Origin: Anaeramoeba ignava BMAN
Lineage: Eukaryota > Protista > Anaeramoebae
NCBI GenBank assembly: GCA_028826165.1
Contig: JAPDFW010000081.1
Span: 868,001 to 932,000 of the forward strand
Reading direction: 5' to 3'
DNA length: 64,000 bases
In this document: piece by piece, positions 49,314 through 59,632 of the stretch
Numbering within the stretch: position 1 is the stretch's first letter
Layout: every line of letters starts with the position of its first letter
Program-made: the position numbers and the translations under genes
The notes under the pieces: model-generated
What the model was told of the DNA's origin: nothing
What the model saw: the letters and a program-made list of their open reading frames with translations, nothing else
The model's database searches: none

Positions 49314-50549
49314 TCAAATCAAATTTGGTTGTAAAGAATCAGTCTGATAAACTTCATTTAAGGCTTTATTCAGAACTTTTTCAAGTCGATCTATTGGAAT
49401 GTAGAAGTTATCTCCTTCAAAAATAGCATAATCTCTCCAATATTCACAACCAGTTGTATGAGCAATCCAATAAAAAATAGCATCTGTTTTAAGATGAGCA
49501 GTATGTAAAAATTCGATAACAATTGGATATGATAAACTAAATAATAAATTGTAAAAAGCTCCTCCATGCAATCCAATTACAATTTTCGCATTTGAGAAGT
49601 ATTTAACTAATTCTTTTAAATCTTGATGTTCTTTGTGTGAAAAAATTTGGAATTTGTCTCCAAATCTTTTCCGTAAATAATTTTCAACTTCTTCGTTATT
49701 TAAAACACTTCTTTTATTTAGAGTATTAACTCTTGGTAAATAAACGATATTTTCTGGATTTGGATTTCGGAATTGTTCATAACTGTCATTTTCGAAAATA
49801 AATCGAAGTAAAAATTCTTTGATTTCTGGAAGTTTTCTAACATTTTCCCATGGTAATTCACAAGGCGTAAGTAAAAGATCTGCCTTGTAATATAGCGTAT
49901 TTTCTAAGAATTCAATACTAACATTGAAATCTTTTTTAATAAATTCCCAAAATTTATAAACAATAGCATCTCTTGGTTTTTTTGCAACAAAAGACCATCC
50001 TTGATCTTTGATAAGAGGTCTTATTTGCAAAAGAACACTAGCGCATCTATCGATCCAATGCTGGAATTCATTACTCCATTCGGTATTTACAAGCGCAACT
50101 TTGTCAAAATGTCTTGGTTTTTCAAATATTTCAGCAAGGATTCGAAGTTTATAAGGTGGTCGACAATTGGCTGGACGCATGAAAAGCATATCTGAGTAAA
50201 GATTAATACTTCCATACATTATTTTTGTGTAATTGAAGTGCGCTTTTCTTTCATTTTTGTCTATTACTTGGTGATATCTTTTTTTCTCATATTTTATAAA
50301 TTTATTAAATGATTCTTCGTCTAAAAAATGTGGAGTATCTAATGTGAATGGTTGATAAAAAATTTCGAATTTGATTTGATTTTCCGAAATGATTTCTTTC
50401 GTTATTGTTGGTTGTATTCCGTGTCCTGGATCATTTATAAATTTTGAATCTTTTTCATTTTGAACTGCAAATGGGTTTTGATATTCAGAAAAAAGTTTTT
50501 CAAAGTCGAAATCCGAAACATTATAACGACCAGACCCTTTATAATCTTT
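49314..50549 (-). CDS. Glycosyltransferase family 61 (DUF563)-like protein; 5' end unresolved
   Basis: EFQHW, YLPR..KRSVLNNEEV, FSNAKIVIGLHGGAFYNLLF..VIEF; frame open up to ~50549. Confidence 0.75.
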   Translation of the reverse strand, partial: KDYKGSGRYNVSDFDFEKLFSEYQNPFAVQNEKDSKFINDPGHGIQPTITKEIISENQIKFEIFYQPFTLDTPHFLDEESFNKFIKYEKKRYHQVIDKNERKAHFNYTKIMYGSINLYSDMLFMRPANCRPPYKLRILAEIFEKPRHFDKVALVNTEWSNEFQHWIDRCASVLLQIRPLIKDQGWSFVAKKPRDAIVYKFWEFIKKDFNVSIEFLENTLYYKADLLLTPCELPWENVRKLPEIKEFLLRFIFENDSYEQFRNPNPENIVYLPRVNTLNKRSVLNNEEVENYLRKRFGDKFQIFSHKEHQDLKELVKYFSNAKIVIGLHGGAFYNLLFSLSYPIVIEFLHTAHLKTDAIFYWIAHTTGCEYWRDYAIFEGDNFYIPIDRLEKVLNKALNEVYQTDSLQPNLI

Positions 50550-50569
50550 TCATATTTTTTTTTCCAAAA

Positions 50570-50815
50570 TTAAATATAAAATTAATTATAAAATATAAAA
50601 TTATTTATTAAATTAATTATAAAATTATTTATAAAATTAAATATAAAATTATTTATAAAATTATTTATAAAATTATTTATTAAATTATTTATAAAATTAT
50701 TTATAAAATTAAATATAAAATTATTTATAAAATTATTTATAAAATTAAATATAAAATTATTTATAAAATTATTTATAAAATTATTAAATTATTTATAAAA
50801 TTATTAATAAAATTT
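50570..50815. repeat. (ATTATTTATAAA)n satellite, probably intronic in GT61
   Basis: Visible array between the GT61 body and a hydrophobic segment at ~50830-50910. Confidence 0.8.
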
Positions 50816-51327
50816 TTTGCTTTAAAAATATTGTTTTTGTTTATAAATGAAACAAAAATAAAAAAGCAAAACTAAAAATGAAAATTAAAACTTTATATCG
50901 TAAAAATATTAATAAAAATTTTTCAAAAGATTAAAAATGTGGTTTTATTTATAAATTATCAAAAACAAATAAAATTAATAAAAAATAAAATTTATAAAAA
51001 TTTATAAAATCAAATCAAAAATCTAAAGTAAAGTTTTAGAAAAATGAAAAAAATCAAAAATAGTTTTTAGATTAAGAAGGTTTTTATCCAATTTTTAAAA
51101 AAAATAACAAATAAATAAAAATAACAAATCAAAAAGTATTTAAGTTTGAAAAATGATTTTAAAAAAATTTTTGATTTTGAATTTTTTGAAATTTAAATTG
51201 AAATCAAAAATTTGAAGTTTGAGATTTTTAAAATGAATTTGAAATTGAAATTGAAATTGAATTTGAATTTGAGATTTTATTAAAATTGATTTGGATTTGA
51301 ATTTGATTTTGAATTTGAATTTGATTT

Positions 51328-51888
51328 TTAGTTCTGTTTTTGTTTTTTAATTCCAAAAATTTTTAATTTAGATTCAATTATTTTAAAATAATTTTCAATA
51401 AATTTTTCAATATCAAAATCAAATTCTAATGAATCAAAAACTGTCCAAAGAAGAGAATGAAAAAAAGATCCAACAGCAAATAATAAGGAAGTTGTTGATA
51501 AAAGATTATATCTTGGTGAAATAAATTGATAAACAATAATCCAAAATAATGCATAAATCCAAATAAAATTTTTAGTAAATTTTGAATATTTTTGTTTAAT
51601 AATTTCTTTTTTTTCATTTAAATTTGAAGGAATTGATAAAAAAATTGCTGGCATTTTCAAAAAAATAAACATAGGATTTATAGTAGGTGTAAATGGAGTT
51701 ATTAAAATTAGGAAAGAAGCAATTAATAAACGAAATATAAAAAATAATTGCAATAATGATAAATTTTTGCATTTAATTAATGGTTCAATTTTTTCTGAAA
51801 TAATTTCTATTTTTAAAAACAAATAAAATTAATAAAATATAAATACAAATAAAATTTTTAAGAAATATTTACTTTTTATTTGATCCAT
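51328..51888 (-). CDS. Small multi-pass membrane protein, copy 2
   Basis: Near-identical to 48666-49226 at offset 2662. Confidence 0.65.
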
Positions 51889-51985
51889 TTCTTTTGTTTT
51901 TAAAAAAAAAAATGAAAAAATAATTTTTAATTTTTTTCCTTTTTTTCAATTTTCATTTTTTTCTTTTTTGATTTATTTTTAAATT

Positions 51986-53666
51986 ATGGATCTTTATCAA
52001 TATAAATTTCCACAAAATAAACTTCAGTTTAATAAAATTATTCCTCAAAAAGATAGTTATATTCTTGTTTTGTTTGGGTCTTTTAATCCACCAACAATCG
52101 CACATTTAAGAAGTTTAGAATCCATTTCAAATTTTTTTAAATCAAAAGATAAAAATGTAATTGGAGGATATCTTTCACCAGTTAATACATTATATACTCA
52201 AAAAAACCTAGAATCAGAAAAACATCGAGCAAGTATCAAAATCAAAACGAGGATTAAATTATAAATAATATAAATAATATAAATAATATAAATAATATAA
52301 ATATTATAAATAATATAAATAATATAAATAATATAAATAATATAAATAATATAAATAATATAAATAATAAATAATATAAATATTATAAATAATATATAAA
52401 TATTATATAAAATAATATAAATAAATAAATAAATAAATAAATAAAATATAAATAAAATATTAATAAATAATATAAATAACATAAAATATATATAAAATAA
52501 TATAAATAATATAAATAAAATAATATAAATAATATAAATAATATAAATAAATAAAATAATATAATAAAAATATTAAACAAAATAAACACAAATATAAATA
52601 ATATAAATAATATAAATAATATAAATAATATAAATAATATAAATAATATAAATAATATAAATAATATAAATAATTACAAATAATATAAATAATATAAATA
52701 ATATAAATATTATAAATAATATAAATAATATAAATAATATAAATAATATAAAATAAAATAATATAAATAATATAAATAAAAAAAATAAATATAAAAATAA
52801 AAAATATATAAAATAATATAAAATATATAAATAATATAAATAATATAAATAATATAAATATTATAAATAATATAAAATATAAAATATTATAAATATTATA
52901 AATAATATAAATAATATAAATATTATAAATAATATAAATATTATAAATATTATAAATAATATAAATAATATAAATAATATAAATAATATAAATAATATAA
53001 ATAATATAAATAATATAAATATTCAAATTTATAATTTAAATTCTAATCCAATTTTAAATCCAATTTTAAAATCAAAAAGCAATGTGCGACCTTGCAACAA
53101 GTTCTTCTTCTTGGATTATGGTAGATAAATGGGAATGCACAAGAAAATCTTATGTAAGAACATTCACTGCATTGGAACATTTTAAAGACGAAATTGATTC
53201 CTTAATGAAAAAAAAGAAAATCAAAACAAATATCAAGATTCCATATCTTTGTGGACAAGATATTATAGATTCTATGATTGAACCCAATGGTTTTTGGGTC
53301 GAAGAACGAGTATTTATTAATCAAACATGATATTTTGTTGTTTAATTTTTATAATTTTTAACTTGAATCAAAATCTAACTTAAATTCTCTGTTTTCTGTT
53401 AATTTGTTATTAAGGTTCTTCGAATGATTTCAAAATTTGGATTAATTGTTGTACAAAGAGAAGATCCTTTACCATCAAAAAAACTTGAACAAAAAATAAA
53501 ATCAACTTTTTTGAATGATGTTAAAGATAAGATTGAAATTTGTGAATCACCAGTTGAAAGTTCAACACTTGCCCGTTCATTAATTAAAAAAAATCTATCA
53601 GCAAAATATTTACTTGCTGATCCAGTGATCGATTACATCAAGCGCAACCAATTATATAGATTATAA
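51986..53666 (+). CDS. NMNAT: Nicotinamide/nicotinate mononucleotide adenylyltransferase (3 exons)
   Basis: GSFNPPTIAHL, GGYLSPVN, HRATMCDLA, WIMVDKWE, LCGQD, SSTLAR, VIDYI. Confidence 0.93.
52260..53025. repeat. Intronic 9-mer satellite (TAAATAATA)n
   Basis: Fills NMNAT intron 52233-53079. Confidence 0.95.
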
Positions 53667-53880
53667 TTATTTGAATTTAATAATAATAATAACTTTACTC
53701 ATTCAAAAAAAAAAACAAAAACAAATTTTTTTTTTTTCTCTTTAGTTTCTTTTACAAAAAATTTCGATTTTGAAAGAAGAAAGAAGAAAGAAGAATCAAA
53801 CAAAAACATTTTTTTTATTTCATTTTCTTTTTTCCATTTTTCATTTCCAATTTTTCGTTTTCAATTTGTTTTTAAAAAAA

Positions 53881-55754
53881 ATGTTTTTACAATTAATTTT
53901 TTTGAGTTTTCTATTTAGTTTTTCAATTGAAATAACGGGGTTTTGCAGAATTAATAAAGATTTCCAAGTAAACACAAATTTCACAGAATCCCAGCAAGCA
54001 GGATCATTAGCCTCATTTGAAGGAGAAGGAAGATTTTTGGCAGTTTGGGAAAGCGAGCATGAACAAAGATCGTATTTTGATATTTTCGGACAATTTTTCA
54101 ATTCGACAGGTGGGAAAATTGGGGAAGAATTCAAGATCAGTAACGACACAAGTTCAATAGAACAATCTCCTGAGCTCGCAAATTTGGCGAATGGAGGGTA
54201 TTTGGTTATCTGGGAATCATGGAATGTTGGGCTAAACAATGTTATTAAGTGTCAGATTTTTTTCAATAACGGAACAAAAAACGGCGACGAATTTGTTGTG
54301 CATCAAAGCGCAGATATTTACAGCGAATCTCCTACTGTCTGCGGACTATTGAATGAGGGATTTGTTGTTGTTTGGGAAATGTATTCAGATCAGAACAAAC
54401 TGGGAATCAACGGCCAAATTTATTTCGATAATGGAACGACAAAAGGAGATCAATTCGCACTGAATCCTGGCTTTAGGGGGATTTACAAGAATCGCCCGCT
54501 ATTGCAGATCTATCAAATGGTGGGTTTGTTGTTGTCTGGATGAATTACAACTCAAGTATATCATTATACAACATTTTGGGACAAATTTTCACTGAAAATG
54601 GAACACCTGTTTGGGATGTCTTCCAGGCAAACGATAACGACGGAAACAATAAAAGAGGTCCGTCTGTCTCTTCGTTGCCAAATGGGTGCTTTGTGGTTGT
54701 GTGGGAATCAATTTCTTTGGATGGTTTATATGAAATTGTTGCTCAGATTTTTTGGATCAACGGAACAAAAAATGGGGAAAAAATACCGATCAATGAAAAA
54801 AGGAGCACAAAGCCTGAAAGCCCCGAAGTTGTTGTTGTGTCTGAAAATGGGTTCCTTGTTGTCTGGCATTCTTATAATAACGATGGAAGTTCATACGGAA
54901 TTTTTGCGCAGATTGTGTCGCTTAATGGAACAAAAAACGGGAGCAATTTCCAAGTGAATGAGTTTGTAATTTCATCCCAGATTAACCCTGATGCCGCACC
55001 ACTTTTCGATGATGAGTCGTTTGTTGTTATTTGGGAGAGTGATTATCAGGATGAAAATGAATGGGGAATTTTTGGACAGATTTTTACTCGAGAAAGTGGG
55101 AATGTTGTTGGAACAATACCAGATCAGCACTACGATATTGGAGATCCGATCAGCTTCAATATTTCTTCTGGTCTTTTTGTTTTCGATAACATTAGCGATA
55201 TCGAGTACTCTTCCGAATTGCAAAATGGCGATCAACTTCCTCCATGGATCGATTTCAATCCGTTGTCGTATTTTTTCTATGGGGTTGCCCAACAAGCATT
55301 TAATCAGACAATCAAGGTTATTGCGAACAAGTACCAGTGTTCCTTCGAGCTGTTTGCGCCGTTCCAGCTTGTTGTTTTTGATACTATTTCCTGCAATATC
55401 TCCAACTTTTCCACGACAGTCACAATGTATTCTTCATTTGAATTTGTGTTTCCTGAAAATTTATTTTCGTTCAGCGTTCCAAGTGCGATTTCAACAAACA
55501 TGACGCTTTTGAATGGAGATCCCTTGCCGTATTATCTGCATTACGATCCGGATGAAAGTCGTTTATTTGGGACAGCTTCTGGTTTGGAGGAAATGGATCT
55601 CAAGATTATTGGGACTGAGAATATTTTCAATACTCAAGCTTATTCAATTTTGCATATTTTTAAAACTTATCCACAAGTTAGTTCAGTTTCATTTTTGTTC
55701 CCCAATTATTTAGTTGATCTGATGATTATTTTTATTTTGGGGATCATTTTATGA
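53881..55754 (+). CDS. Intronless surface protein: ~6 bacterial-type 'FQVN..GGFVVVWES..GQIF..GTK.G' repeats + 2 dystroglycan-type cadherin/Ig (CADG) domains + C-terminal hydrophobic tail (frameshift at ~54478)
   Basis: Signal peptide MFLQLIFLSFLFSFS; repeats visible; NGDQLPPWIDFNP and NGDPLPYYLHYDP..LFGT motifs. Confidence 0.8.
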
Positions 55755-55903
55755 AAAAAATTTAAAAATAAAATTAAAATTTACAAATAAAATTAAAATG
55801 AAAAAATTCATTTTCTTTTTTCAATAAAAATAATATAAATAAATAAAAATCATTTATAAAATCATTTATAAAATCATTGTTTTATTTTGTTTATTAATTA
55901 GAA

Positions 55904-58900
55904 ATGTTATCAGAAAATGAAGTATGCAAAGAAGGAGATCATGTGATGATATATGCAGGAAGACAAATTTTATTTTCGGTTGTTCTTGAAAAAGGTGGGC
56001 AAATAACGAAGAAGTTTGGCACAATTAAGCACAAAGATATTATTGGGAAAAAATTTGGGACTAGGCTAGGTTTTGTGAATCCTAATTATCCAGATATTTA
56101 TGTTTTGAAACCGTCACCTCATCTTTGGACTTTTTGTTTAGATCATTTTACGCAAATTATTCATTATACTGATATTGCAGTAATTGCATTTCAGTTAGAG
56201 CTTCGGAGCGGGAGTATTGTTTTAGAGAGTGGTTAGTAGATGGGAAAAATATTTTATAGTCAATACAATTACAATTTTAAATTTATTTTTAATTTGAAAT
56301 TAAATATTTTGAATTGAATTTAATTGAATATTTAATTGAATATTGAATTAAATATTGAATTGAATTGAATATTGAATTGAATTGAATTGAATATTAAATT
56401 AAATTGAATATTGAATTGAATTGAATATTAAAAATTGAATTAAATATTGGATTGAATTGAATATTGAATTGAATATTTAATATTGAATTAAATTAAATTA
56501 AATTAAATTGAATATTAAATATTGAATTAAATTAAATTAAATTGAATATTAAATATTGAATTGGATTGAATTAAATATTAAATTGAATTGAATATTGAAT
56601 TGAATTGAATTGAATATTGAATTGGATTGAATTGAATTGAATTGAATATTAAATTAAATTGAATATTGAATTGAATTGAATATTAAATTAAATTGAATAT
56701 TGAATTGAATATTGAATTGAATTGAATTGAATATTGAATTGGATTGAATATTAAAAATTGAATTAAATATTGGATTGAATTGAATATTGAATTTAATATT
56801 AAATATTGAATATTGAATTGAATATTTAATTGAATTAAATTGAATTGAATTGAATATTGAATCAAATTAAATATTGAATTGAATTGAATTGAATTCAAAA
56901 ATATTGAATGAATGAATATTGAATTGAATATTAAATATTGAATTGAATCGAATATTAAAAAAATCGAATATTGAATTGGAATTGAAAAATTAAATATATT
57001 GAATGGAATTAAAAATTAAATATTGAAATTGAATTGAATTAAAATTAAATATTGAAATGAATTGAATTGAATAAAAATTGAATTAAATATTGAATTGAAT
57101 TGAATATTGAAATCAAAATTCGAATATTGAATTGAATTGAATTAAAATATTGAATTGAATTAAATATTGAATTAAATAAAAATTAAAAATGAATATTGAA
57201 TGAAATTGAAATTGAATTGAATTAAAATTGAATCGAATTGGAATTGAAATGAATGAATATTGAAATTGAATATTGAATTGAATTGAATTAATATTAAAAT
57301 TGAATTAAATATTAAATTGATTGAAATTGAAATTGAATTGAAATTGAATGAATATTGAATTGAATCGAATTGAATTAAATATTAAATATTATTAAATTAA
57401 ATTAAATTGAATATTAAAATTGAATTGAATTGGAAATGAATTGAATATTGAATAAATTGGAATGAATTGAATTCAAATTGAATTGAAATTGAAATATTGA
57501 ATGAATTGGAAATTGAAATTGAATTGAATGAATATTGAATTGGGAATCGAATATTGAAATTGAATCGAATCGAAATATTGAAAATAAATTGAATTGAATA
57601 TTGAATTGGATTGAATATTGAATATTGAATTGAATATTGGAATCGAATACGAATGAATATTGAAATTGAATATTGAATTGAATATTGAATTGAATGGAAT
57701 TGAATAAAATATTAAATTAAATTAAATTGAAATATTAAAATTGAATTGAATTGAATATTGAATTAAATATTGAATCGAATTAAATATATTGTGAATTGAA
57801 TATTGAATTGAATTGGAATTGAATGGAATTGGAATTGAATTAAATCGAAAATTGAATATTGAATTAAATATTGGAATTGGAATAAAATGAAATTAAATAT
57901 TAAATGAATTGAAATTGAATATTGAAATTGAATATTGAAATTGAAATATTGAATTGAATTGGAATTGAATTGAATTGAATATTGAATTAAATTAAAATTA
58001 AATATTGAATTGAATTCAAATATTGAATATCGAATATTGAATTGAATATTGAAATAAAATATTGGAATATTTAAATTGAAGGGAATATTGAATTGAATAT
58101 TGAATGAAATGGAATATTGGAATTTGAAATTGAAATTGAATATTGAATTGAAGGGGATTGAATGAATTGAATATTGAATTGAATTGAATTGAATATTGAA
58201 TTGAATTGAATATTATCGAATATTGAAAATGGAATTGAATATTGAATTGAAATTGAATATTGGAATTGAATTGAATATTGAATTGGGAAATATATAAATA
58301 TTGAATGAAATATGAAATTGAATTGAATTGAAATTGAATATTGAATTGAATATACAAATATTGGACAAAATTGGAATTGGGAATTAAATTGAATATGAAT
58401 ATTAAATTGGAATTGGAATATTGAATAATGAATTAAAATCGAAATTGAATATTGAATATTAAATATTAAATAAATGAATTAAATATTGGTGAAAATAATA
58501 AATTGAATTAAATAATGGAATTGAATATTAAATATTGAATTGAATTGAATTAAATATTGAATTGAATTGAATATTGAATTGAATTGAATATTGAATTAAA
58601 TTGATTTGGATTGAATATTAAATTGAATATTGAATTGAATTAAATTGAATATTAAATTGAATTAAATTGAATATTGAATTAAATTGAATATTGAATTGAA
58701 TTGAATTGAATATTGAATTGAATTAAATATTGAATATTGATTAAATATTGAATTGAATTGAATATTAAATTGAATTGAATATTAAATTGAATATTGAATT
58801 GAATTAAATATTGAATTAAATATTGAATTGAATTGAATATTGAATATATTGATTTAAATTGATTTGTATTAAATATTGATTTAAATTGATTTGAATTAAT

Positions 58901-59522
58901 TTGAATTGATTTTTATTTTAAAAAAGGAACTGGAAGTGCTTCTCTCACAACTTCATTAGCAAAATTTGTTGCTCCATTAGGTCATGTTCATACTTTTGAT
59001 ATAGATAGTTCAAGAGTGGAAAATGCAAAAATATCATTGGAAAAAAACGGATTTGGAAATATTGTGAGCGTCTTGGAAAGAAACGTTGTTGAACAAGGAT
59101 TCCCGTTTGAAAAAGAATTCGCAGACTCTGTTGTTCTTGATTTACCTTCACCATTTTTGGTAATTGAAGAGGTTGCAAGAGTTCTGAAAAAAAGTGGAAC
59201 AATTTGTTCATTTTCGCCATGCATTGAACAAGTGCAACAAACATGTAGTAAACTTGAAGAAAATGCTTTTACTGGAATTGAAACATTTGAGTGTTTGTTG
59301 AGAGAACATAAGGTTTGTGTTTTTGGAGGATTTGTTGATGATGAAGAAAAAGAAAAGAAACAAACAGAAGATCAAATGGAGGTTTTTGAGTATAAAAGAA
59401 GAAAAAGAAAAAAGATGAAAGAAGAGAAAAAAGAAGAGAATATAAAACTATTCACAAGAGCAATTCCTGAAGCAAGAGGACATACTGGTTATCTTACTTT
59501 TGCAAAAAAAAACACATTTTAA
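55904..59522 (+). CDS. TRM61: tRNA (adenine58-N1)-methyltransferase catalytic subunit; intron 56232-58926
   Basis: TQIIHYTDIA, VLESG|TGSASL across the intron, DSVVLDLPSP, CSFSPCIEQV, GHTGYLTFA. Confidence 0.94.
56300..58900. repeat. 2.6-kb intronic (ATTGA)n/(AATATTG) satellite, degenerate in the middle
   Basis: Visible array. Confidence 0.9.
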
Positions 59523-59632
59523 TCCAAAAATAAAAAAAATAATAAAAAATTAAAATTAAAATTAAAAGAAATTTGACTTGATGAAGTTGTTTTACTTTTT
59601 GTTTTTTTTGAAAGGAAAATTAGAAAAGAAAA

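Noticed and set aside
52225-52240. Possible GC-AG intron in NMNAT (cga|gcaagt)
   Set aside because: The GT donor at 52233 gives the correct phase and the conserved HRxxM spacing.
231-53666. PPase, FAD synthetase, NMNAT, SDR and PARP-like gene as a cofactor gene cluster
   Set aside because: Spread over 50 kb among unrelated genes with no shared organisation.
53841-55713. Overlapping or antisense ORFs within GC-richer genes (also 23723, 27407-28618, 59956-63886)
   Set aside because: No recognisable motifs; expected shadow ORFs of real coding sequence.
56900-58520. Hidden gene or element in the degenerate centre of the TRM61 intron
   Set aside because: No coherent ORF or termini; looks like noisy consensus of the ATTGA array.
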